NCBI GenBank assembly: GCA_965195345.1
Contig: OZ239628.1
Location: forward strand, 768,001 to 832,000
Length of the DNA stretch: 64,000 nucleotides
DNA from: an uncultured Thiomicrospira sp.
Lineage (GTDB): Bacteria; Pseudomonadota; Gammaproteobacteria; CAKMZV01
Direction: 5' to 3'
Shown: positions 29,201-38,600 of the stretch, piece by piece
Position numbering within the stretch: position 1 is the stretch's first letter
Layout: every line of letters starts with the position of its first letter
Notes under the pieces: model-generated
What the model was told of the DNA's origin: nothing
The model's input: the letters and a program-made list of their open reading frames with translations, nothing else
Database searches by the model: none
Made by a program: the position numbers and the translations under genes

Positions 29201-32200
29201 TGGAAATGTTTTTGACGCTTTAAAAGCGTTGATGCAGTTTCCAAATGGCCTACCTACTACTTCTTCAATGCTTGTTCAAGCGAGGTTCCCCATCACACGC
29301 ATTCGCTTAAGTGGTTATGATCTTGATGGTTCAGATAATACATTGTCTTGGCAAGTCACCAATGCATCTGGCGGTAGCATCACTACTTCCACAGTTTATA
29401 GTAGTACTGGTGCACAAACCTTAGAGATTGCTTATACCCCTGTGAACAACTTTTCAGGCACTGCAACCCTTGTTGTAAGCTTAGATGATGGTGATAGTGC
29501 TACACAAAATAGTACTGCCCGTGTATTAGTGGTTAATAGTACACCGATCCTAATACTCTCAACCAATACTATTAGCTTAGATGAAGACTTTATCAGCTTC
29601 ATCATTAACACCACTGCAACCGATGCAGCAGGGATAGCCGACTTTAGTGTTAGCACAGGAAATGGCGTTGTTGATGTAACAACAACTGCTGATGCAATTA
29701 CACTGCAATCACTTCCGAATATAAGTGGTACTGTAACCTTAACAGTCGTTGCGGATAGTGGTCTTTTGGCAAATACACAGACGATTAGCGTTGTGGTTAA
29801 TCCAGTCAACGACACCCCCACGCTGTCTTTATCTGTGACGCAAAGGGCGCTTGTTCAAGATTTTGGCACTTTCGTCATAAACACCACTGCAACCGATGTG
29901 GAATCAGGCCCATTGGGCTTTAGTGTCAGTACAGGTAATGGTATTGTTGATGTGACAACCTCTGTCAATACGATTACTCTGCGATCACTCGCTAATGTCA
30001 TAGGCGATGTGACGTTAACGGTTAGCGTAAGCGATGGACTATTAACGGGCACACAGTCCATTTTTATAACCGTTAGTAGGGCGTTTACGCTTGAAGTATC
30101 CACCAACACTATCGTTGTAGATGAAAATTTTACTACCTTTACCATCAACACCACTGCAACGGCTGCAGATGGGACTATATTACCTATTTCAGTGACGCAA
30201 AGCACGCCTAATCTACTTACATTTAGCACCACAACTGGGCGCATTACCCTTTCATCTATTGCGAATGCTAATGGAGTAACGACCCTTACCGTGAGTGCGG
30301 CTAATCAAAGTGGGCTAACGAACACGACAGAAGTGGCCATTACCATTAATTTCATTAATAACACTCCAACACTCAGTTTATCAAGCACAAACTTAACCTT
30401 ATTACCCAATAGTACTGGTTTGATAACTGCCTTTGGTGCGGATGTGGAAACAAGTAGTGCTTCATTGATCTATTCGGTACAACAAAATTCACCTTTGTTG
30501 CAGGTGATGACACAAGGAAATGCCATCGTGTTAAGAGCGGGTGATACTACAGGCTCGACCACTTTAGTGATAACCGTTACTGATGGCGATGGTTTAAGCG
30601 CTTCAGAAACTGCTCAAGTTACTGTTAGAGTTAGTTTTTTGAATATCGCTTTAAATGCTAAGCGCATCGATTTTTCTTGGAGTACATCCCTTACAGCTAA
30701 TCATTACCGCATGCTTAGCAATGTCGATTTGAATGCTGGTGGTGGTTTTGTTGATGCCAGTAGCGCAGGTTTGGTGTTTGTACCGAATAGTACGAATATT
30801 ATCAATACTACAGTCTCTGCGATAGTGGATGTAGCACGCTATCTTTCTACGGCTAATGGACCACAGTATCTACTAGAAGCTTGTAGTAGTGTGGATAATT
30901 CAGCCTGTGCTAATCATGCACTACAAACTTTGAGCAATGCCCAGTTAGAAGGGTTGATTGGTTACTTCAAAGCATCTAATACGGACATGGGAGATGAATT
31001 TGGTAGGACTGTAGCATTAAACCGTGATGGCAACACATTAGTTGTCGGTGCACCACTTGAGGACAGCACTGCCACTGGCATCAACGGCGATCAATTAGAT
31101 AATTCTTCAAGGGACTCTGGTGCAGTCTATGTATTTGTACGCAACAGTGCAGGCAGCTGGCGTCAACAAGCATACATTAAAGCCTCTAATACAGAAGCCG
31201 ATGACCGGTTTGGTGCAGCTTTAACAATAAGCAATGACGGTAATACTATAGTTGTCGGTGCACCACTTGAGGACAGCACCGCCACTGGCATCAACGGTGA
31301 TGAATTAGACAATTCTAGAAGTGACTCTGGTGCAGCCTATGTTTTTGTGCGTAGTAGTACCGGCACATGGAGTCAACAAGCTTACATCAAGACTTCTAAT
31401 CCAAATGCCAATGATCAATTTGGTGGTGCTGTAGTAATAAGCGGTGACAGCAATAGCCTAATCGTTGGAGTAGCTTTTGAAGACAGTGCTGCCACGGGCA
31501 TCGACGGCGATCAAACAAACAATGCAGCAGGTAATTCTGGTGCAGCTTATGTTTTTGTGCGCAGTAGCACAGGTACATGGAGCCAACAAGCTTATATTAA
31601 AGCCTCTAATTCAGGAGCTAGGGATCAGTTTGGTTTTGCTGTGTCGATGAGTGATGATGGTAATACCACCGTCGTTGGTGCACGTTTTGAAGCCAGCTTT
31701 GCCACGGGTATTGATGGTATTGAAAACAACAATGGGATAAATTTATCTGGAGCAGCCTACGTTTTTGTACGCAGTAGTACAGATAGTACATGGAGCCAAC
31801 AAGCTTATATTAAAGCCTCTAATACAGGAATGATTGATGAGTTTGGTACAGATGTAACGATGAGCAGTAATGGTAATACCATCGTCATTGGTGCCCCTTT
31901 TGAACGCAGCATCGCTACAGGCATCAACGGCGATCAATTGGACGATGAAGCTCTTTTTGCTGGTGCAGCCTATGTTTTTGTACGCAGTAGTGCGGGCAGT
32001 TGGAGCCAGCAAGCCTACCTAAAAGCATCAAATACAGATGCAGATGATCAATTTGGTATGGCTTTATCGGTGAGTGATGATGGTAATACGCTTGCAGTCG
32101 GTGCATTATTTGAGGACAGCGCTGCTACTGGCATCAACGGCGATGAAACAGCAAATAGTGCAGCTGGTGCTGGTGCAGTCTATGTTTTTGTTCGTAGCAG

Positions 32201-32402
32201 CACGGGCACGTGGAGTCAACGAAGCTATATCAAAGCATCAAATACAGATGCAGATGATCAATTTGGCGATGTTCTCTCAATAAGCGGTGATGGTAAAACG
32301 CTCGCTATTGGTTCTAATGCTGAAGATGGCGGTGCCACTGGCATCAATGGCGATCAAACAGACAATAGTCTAAATAGTGCTGGTGCAGTGTATTTATATT
32401 AG
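26265..32402 (+). CDS. Giant lipoprotein adhesin, 2045 aa, one CTLD
   Basis: Lipobox, repeats, CTLD, 7 FG-GAP blades. Confidence 0.95.
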   Translation: MGYIKRWAFLLLFVFLSACGGGGGGGTTPPSTNTAPSLSLSVNAVTLDEDFGTFIINTTATDAEDGDLPVAVTGQDASLFAVTTSTNQIILTSVANANGIATLTVSIVDSGNLSASTEVVVTINAINDTPTLVLSTTAISLNEDFGTFVINATATDVDDGVLLVTVTGQAGLLTTNITTDQITLASIANANGTATLTVSANDSGNLSVSTEVVVVINAINDTPTLTFSTTQFSLNANFMPQTIATATDVEDASLLLTFALSATDVVQITTVANRFILNPITNAFGETTITLTATDNSGNQSSQIFTVRVNGFPTLALSTQRVTLDEDFGAFIINTTATDVEDGVLPVAVTGQDVSLFAVTTSTNQIMLTSVANANGIATLTVSIVDSGNLSASTEVVVIVNAINDTPTLTFSTTQLSLNANFISQTIATATDVDDASLLLTFALSATDVVQITTVANRFILNPITNAFGDTTITLAVSDDDGARSSSQIFTVRVNAPTASTTPTLALSTQNITLDEDFGTFIINNTATDAEDGTLSVTVSGQTGLLTTNATTGQITLTSVADANGIVTLNVRAVDSGNLAISTEVVVTINAIDDTPVLTLSTTNLSLSEDFGTFIINTTASDGEDGVLSFTVSGQDASLLTVSTSINQIILTSVANANGTVTLTVSATDSDAVTVTTEVAITINAINDTPTLTLATTNITIVENATARQTISITDVADVEGSTLTFSVIASTSVFSSNPTSVVSFSDTRMITFSRQSTTAQLYYTLRPDSTGKGFIQIALTDGIDTQFTTVTVTVTEVKNPPQITQDFRTHRFFDARATRVGAVGGVLFAARGAFTRSLVTTSTDGTGNFGNQLNFSRSLGGSLAELYTEEAYNALLGSVLVANGAATEGLNDDRFWLGLTDMPNSFGVTVADQSSTDNRYFWLSGQRVSQGLGAARIDVPGVYIGWGASAPGNQGCANLIIADGVSAVSRPWSSNTCFGNVFDALKALMQFPNGLPTTSSMLVQARFPITRIRLSGYDLDGSDNTLSWQVTNASGGSITTSTVYSSTGAQTLEIAYTPVNNFSGTATLVVSLDDGDSATQNSTARVLVVNSTPILILSTNTISLDEDFISFIINTTATDAAGIADFSVSTGNGVVDVTTTADAITLQSLPNISGTVTLTVVADSGLLANTQTISVVVNPVNDTPTLSLSVTQRALVQDFGTFVINTTATDVESGPLGFSVSTGNGIVDVTTSVNTITLRSLANVIGDVTLTVSVSDGLLTGTQSIFITVSRAFTLEVSTNTIVVDENFTTFTINTTATAADGTILPISVTQSTPNLLTFSTTTGRITLSSIANANGVTTLTVSAANQSGLTNTTEVAITINFINNTPTLSLSSTNLTLLPNSTGLITAFGADVETSSASLIYSVQQNSPLLQVMTQGNAIVLRAGDTTGSTTLVITVTDGDGLSASETAQVTVRVSFLNIALNAKRIDFSWSTSLTANHYRMLSNVDLNAGGGFVDASSAGLVFVPNSTNIINTTVSAIVDVARYLSTANGPQYLLEACSSVDNSACANHALQTLSNAQLEGLIGYFKASNTDMGDEFGRTVALNRDGNTLVVGAPLEDSTATGINGDQLDNSSRDSGAVYVFVRNSAGSWRQQAYIKASNTEADDRFGAALTISNDGNTIVVGAPLEDSTATGINGDELDNSRSDSGAAYVFVRSSTGTWSQQAYIKTSNPNANDQFGGAVVISGDSNSLIVGVAFEDSAATGIDGDQTNNAAGNSGAAYVFVRSSTGTWSQQAYIKASNSGARDQFGFAVSMSDDGNTTVVGARFEASFATGIDGIENNNGINLSGAAYVFVRSSTDSTWSQQAYIKASNTGMIDEFGTDVTMSSNGNTIVIGAPFERSIATGINGDQLDDEALFAGAAYVFVRSSAGSWSQQAYLKASNTDADDQFGMALSVSDDGNTLAVGALFEDSAATGINGDETANSAAGAGAVYVFVRSSTGTWSQRSYIKASNTDADDQFGDVLSISGDGKTLAIGSNAEDGGATGINGDQTDNSLNSAGAVYLY
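28806..29244 (+). other. C-type lectin-like domain, copy 3 (approximate bounds)
   Basis: Close to copy 2 (GCANL..WSSNTC). Confidence 0.75.
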
Positions 32403-32621
32403 AAATTAAATAGCTAAAAGGCAACTAAAGTACAGGCATACAGCTTTTCTGCTTAACGTTTATTGCCTTAAGTGTTATAAACTGCTTGCATGTTTTCTCA
32501 TGCTTTAATTTATAATGATTTGAGTATTCGTGTCACAGGCGCGTTCCTTTCATTGAATACGGGCTTTTATCACACGCATAAACTGTGGTGGTAATTAATA
32601 CATACAAAAGTTGGGGCTATA
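32403..32621 (+). promoter_or_regulatory. Conserved spacer, type C leader, with an internal deletion in the 5' half
   Basis: TTGCAT(32486)-N19-TATAAT(32511); distinct 3' half. Confidence 0.5.
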
Positions 32622-35600
32622 ATGTTATTTGATATGCATAATATAAAACGGTGGTTGTTTTTGTCTTTGTTTGTTTTTCTGTCTGCCTGCGGCGGTGGCG
32701 GCGGCGGTGGCGATGACGACACAACACCTCCATCTACTAATACAGCACCAGATTTAAGTCTCTCTGTCAACGCCCTAACGCTTGATGAAGACTTTGGCAC
32801 CTTTATCATCAACGCCACTGCAACCGATGCAGAGGATGGTCCTCTTCCCATTGCAGTTACTGGACAAGATGCCAGTCTATTCGCCATAACCACTTCTACC
32901 AATCAGATAATACTTACCTCCGTTGCTAATGCCAATGGCATAGCTACACTTACAGTAAGCACTAACGATAGTGAAAATCTCTCCGTTTCCACCGAAGTAG
33001 TGGTGATTATCAATGCCATCAACGATACACCTACATTGACGCTATCAACGACCGCCATTAGTCTCAATGAAGATTTTGGCACCTTTATCATCAACGCCAC
33101 TGCCACCGATATAGAAGATGGAGCACTGTTAGTAAACGTATCTGGACAGGCTGGCTTGCTAACCACTAATATTACCACTGATCAAATTACCTTAACTTCC
33201 ATTGCCAATGCCAATGGCATAGCTACGCTTACAGTAAGCATTGTTGATAGTGAAAATCTCTCCGCTTCCACCGAAGTAGTGGTGATTATCAACGCCATCA
33301 ATGACACACCCACACTTACCTTTTCAACCACTCAACTTAGTCTAAATGCAAATTTTATATCTCAGGCAATAGCAACAGCAACAGACGTTGATGATGCTTC
33401 CTTGCTCTTAACCTTTGCACTATCTGCAACCGATGTAGTACAAATAATGACGGTTGCTAATCAGTTTATATTAAATCCTATCACTAATGCTTTTGGCGAC
33501 ACAACTATCACCCTAGCAGTATCTGATGATGATGGTGCACGCTCTTCTTCTCAAATTTTCACAGTGCGCGTTAACGCGCCCATTGCATCGACAACGCCTA
33601 CGTTAGCTTTATCAACGCAGAACATCACTTTAGATGAAGACTTCGGTACTTTTATTATCAACACCACAGCAACCGATGCAGAAGATGGGACGTTATCAGT
33701 GACCGTATCTGGACAAGCTGGCTTACTAACCACTAATGCTACTACTGATCAAATTACGCTCACTTCCGTTGCCAATGCTAATGGAATAGTTACGCTCAAT
33801 GTGCGTGCTGTTGATAGTGGTAATCTTGCAACCTCCACTGAAGTGGTAGTGGTTATCAATGCCATCAATGATGCTCCGATATTGACTCTTGCTACAACAA
33901 ATATTACCATCGTTGAAAATGCCACTGCCCGTCAAACGATTTCCATTACCAATGTGACGGATGTTGACGGAGACACACTTACTTTTTCAGTCATTGGCTC
34001 CACTTCTGTGTTTAGTAGTAATCCAACGCCCATAGTCTCCTTTTCAGACACAAGAATGATAACCTTCAGTAGACAAAGTACTACAGCTCAACTTTATTAC
34101 ACTTTACTGCCCGATACCACAGGCACTGGCTTCATTCAAATCGCTTTAACAGATGGCATAGAGACCCAACGTACTACCGTTAGCGTGACTGTAACAGAAG
34201 TTAGAACCCCACCCCAAATCACCCAAGACTTTAGAACACATCGCTTCTTTGATGCTCGTGCAACGCGTGTAGGCGCTGTTGGAGGTGTCTTATTTGCAGC
34301 ACGGGGTGTGCTCACTGGATCGACTGCAACAACCTCAACAGATGGTACGGGGAATTTTAGTAATCAATTAAACTTTGCCCGCTCTTTAGGAGGGAGTTTA
34401 GCAGAACTGTACACTGAGGAAACATACAACGCTTTATTGGGTTCTGTCTTGGTTGCCAATGGCACTGCAACAGTAGGGTTTGGGGATGATCGTTTTTGGC
34501 TTGGACTCACTGATACACCCAATACTTTTGGCGCTTCTGTGTCAGATCAATCTGCCTCAGAAGACCGTTATTTTTGGTTATCTGGTCAACGGGTGTCACA
34601 AGGATTAAACAGTGCTCGTATAGACGCCCCAGGAGTCTATATAGGTTGGGGGTCATCCGCCCCAGCTGCAAGTAATCAGCCTTGTGCGGATCTCATTCTT
34701 GGTGAAGAAGTGTCTGTAGGGTTCAGACCTTGGGCAAGTGATGGGTGCGATGGATCAGTATTTGTTATCTTCGATGTGCTAAAAGCGTTGATGCAGTTCC
34801 CAAATGGCTTACCTACTACCTCCTCAATGGTTTTTCAAGCAAACTCCCTAACCACACGTATTCGTTTAAGTGGTTATGATCTTGATGGTTCAGATAATGC
34901 ACTATCTTGGCAAGTCACCAATGCATCTGGCGGTAGTGTAACCACTTCCACAGTCTATAGCGGTACTGGCGCACAAACCTTAGAGATTGCTTACACCCCT
35001 GTGAGCAACTTTTCAGGCACTGCAACCCTTTTCGTAAGTTTAAATGATGGTGATAGTGCTACACAAAATAGTACTGCTCGTGTATTGGTGGTTAATAACA
35101 CACCAACTTTAATACTCTCAACCAATACTATCAGCTTAGATGAAGATTTTACCAGCTTCGTCATTAACACCACTGCAACCGATGCAGCAGGGATAACCGA
35201 CTTTAGTGTTAGTACAGGAAACGGTATTGTTCTTGTAACCACCTCTGCTGATGCAATTACGCTGCAATCACTTCCCAATGTAAATGGTGCTGTAACCTTA
35301 ACAGTCGTTGTGGATAGTGGTCTTTTGGCAAATACACAGACGATTAGCGTTGAGGTTAATCCAGTCAATGATAGACCTGTATTGATGCTATCATTAACCA
35401 GTCTTAGCTTAAATGAAGATTTTGGTACCTTTATCATAAATACCACTGCAACCGACGCAGAAGATGGGACACTGTCAGTGAGCGTATCTGGACAGGCTGG
35501 CTTGGTAACCACTACTATCACCACTGGTCAAATTACTCTAACTTCCATTGCCCATGCCAACGGAAGAACCACTCTAACTGTAAGCGCTAACGATAGTGAA

Positions 35601-38600
35601 AACCTCTTCGTAACCGACGAAGTGGTGGTGATTATCAATGCTGTTAATGATAATCCTGTATTGACGTTATCAACAACCAATCTCAGCCTTAATGAAGACT
35701 TTGGCACTTTCATAATCAACACCACTGCCACCGATATAGAAGATGGCGTGTTGCCTTTTACAGTGTCTGGACAAGATGCCAGTATATTCACCGTCACTAC
35801 CTCCACCAATCAGATAATGCTCACCTCCGTTGCTAATGCCAACGGAATAGTTACACTAACTGTAAGTGCTAACGATAGTGAAAACCTCTCGGCAACCACC
35901 GAAGTTGTTGTTGTTGTCAATGCCATCAATGACACACCCACACTTACCTTTTCAACCACTCAATTTAATCTGAATGCAAACTTTACCCCGCAAACAATAG
36001 CAACAGCAACAGACGTTGATGATATTTCCTTGCTCCTAACCTTTGCACTATCTGCAACCGATGTAGTACAAATAACGACGGTTGCTAATCAGTTTATATT
36101 AAATCCTATCATCAATGCTTTTGGCGACACAACTATCACCCTAGCAGTATCTGATGATGATGGTGCACGCTCTTCTTCTCAAATTTTCACAGTGCGCGTT
36201 AACACACCCATTGCATCGACAACGCCTACATTAGCCTTATCAACGCAGAACATCACTTTAGATGAAGACTTTGGTACTTTTATTATCAACACTACTGCAA
36301 CCGATGCAGAAGATGGGACACTGTCAGTAACCGTATCTGGACAGGCTGACTTATTAACCACTAATGCTACTACTGGTCAAATTACGCTCACTTCCATTGC
36401 CAATGCTAACGGCACAACTACACTTACTGTACGTGCTACCGATAGCGGAAACCTTTCCGTTACCACCGAAGTGGTGGTAACCATCAATGCCATCAACGAT
36501 ACTCCGACATTGACTCTTGCGACAACAAATATTACCATCGTTGAAAATGCCACTGCTCGTCAAACGATTTCCATTACTGATGTGGCAGATATTGAGGGAA
36601 GCACACTTACTTTTTCAGTCATTGCCTCCACTTCTGTATTTAGTAGTAATCCTACATCTGTAGTCTCTTTTTCAGACACAAGAATGATAACCTTCAGTAG
36701 ACAAAGTACGACTGCTCAACTCTATTACACTCTACTGCCCGATACCACAGGCACTGGCTTCATTCAAATCGCTCTAACAGATGGCATAGACACACAGGTT
36801 ACAACTGTTACCGTGACTGTGACAGAAGTTAGAACCTCACCCCAAATCACTCAAGACTTTAGAACACATCGCTTCTTTGATGCGCGTGCAACACGTGTAG
36901 GCGCTGTTGGAGGTGTCTTATTTGCAGCACGAGGTGCATTCACTGGATTGCTTGCATCAACCTCTACAGATGGTACAGGGAGTGCTATGAACCAATTAAA
37001 CTTTGCTCGTTCCTTAGGGGGGAGTTTAGCCGAACTATACACTGAGGAAACATACAACGCTTTATTGGGTTCTGTTTTGGTTGCCAATGGCGCTACAACA
37101 GCAGGCTTTGATGATGACCGTTTTTGGCTTGGGCTTACCAGTGTACCTAGCTTTTTTGGCGTCACTCTACCAAATCAACTTGACTCAGAAGCCCGTTATT
37201 TTTGGTTATCTGGTCAACGGGTATCGCAAGGATTAGGCGGCGGTACTCGTATAGACGTCCCAGGAGTATACATAGGCTGGGGGCCATCTGCTCCGGGTAC
37301 TCAGGGTTGTGCTGATCTGATTCTTGGTGCTGAAGTATCTGCAGCGTTCAGGCCTTGGGCAAGTGATCAATGCTTTGGAGGTGTTTTTGACGCTTTAAAA
37401 GCGTTGATGCAGTTCCCAAATGGCTTACCTACTACCTCCTCAATGATTGTTCAAGCAAGGTCTCCGATCACACTTATTCGTTTAAGTGGTTATGATCTTG
37501 ATGGTTCAGATAATACATTGTCTTGGCAAGTCACCGATGCATCTGGTGGTGGTATCGCCACTTCCACAGTCTATAGCAGTACTGGCGCACAAACCTTAGA
37601 GATTTCTTACACCCCTGTGAGCGGCTTTTCAGGCACTGCAACCCTTGTTGTAAGCTTAGATGATGGTGATAGTGCTACACAAAATAGTACTGCCCGTGTA
37701 TTGGTGGTTAATAACACCCCAACTTTAACACTCTCAACCAATGTTGTCAGCTTAGATGAAGACTTTACCAGCTTCGTCATTAACACCACTGCAACCGATG
37801 CAGAAGGGATAATCGACTTTAGTGTTAGTACAGGAAACGGCATTGTTCTTGTAACCACCTCTGCTAATGCAATTACGCTGCAATCACTTGCGAATATAAG
37901 TGGTGCTGTAACCTTAACAGTCGTTGCGGATAGTGGTCTTTTGGCAAATACACAGACGATTAGCGTTGTGGTTAATCCAGTTAACGACACTCCCACGCTG
38001 TCTTTATCTGTGACGCAAAGGGCGCTTGCTCAAAACTTTGGCACTTTCGTCATCAACACCACTGCAACCGATGTGGAATCAGGACCATTGGGCTTTAGTG
38101 TCAGCACAGGTAATGGTATTGTCAATGTGACCACCTCTGTCAATACGATTACTCTGCAATCACTCGCTAATGTCATAGGCGATGTGACGTTAACGGTTAG
38201 CGTAAGCGATGGACTATTGACGGCGACACAGTCCATTTTTATAACCGTTAGTAGACCGTTTACGTTTGAAGTATCGACAAACACTATCGTTTTAGATGAA
38301 GATTTTAATACCTTCATTATTAACACCACTGCAACGGCTGCAGATGGGACTATATTACCTATTTCAGTGGTGCAGAGCAGCTCTAACCTACTTACATTCA
38401 GCACTATAACTGGGCGCATTACCCTTTCATCTATTGCGAATGCTAATGGAGTAACAACCCTTACCGTGAGTGCGGCTAATCAAAGTGGGCTAACGAACAC
38501 GACAGAAGTAGCCATTACCATTAATTCCGTTAATGATACTCCCACGCTCAGTTTATCAAGTACAAACTTAACCTTGGCATCTAATAGCACTGGTTTGATA

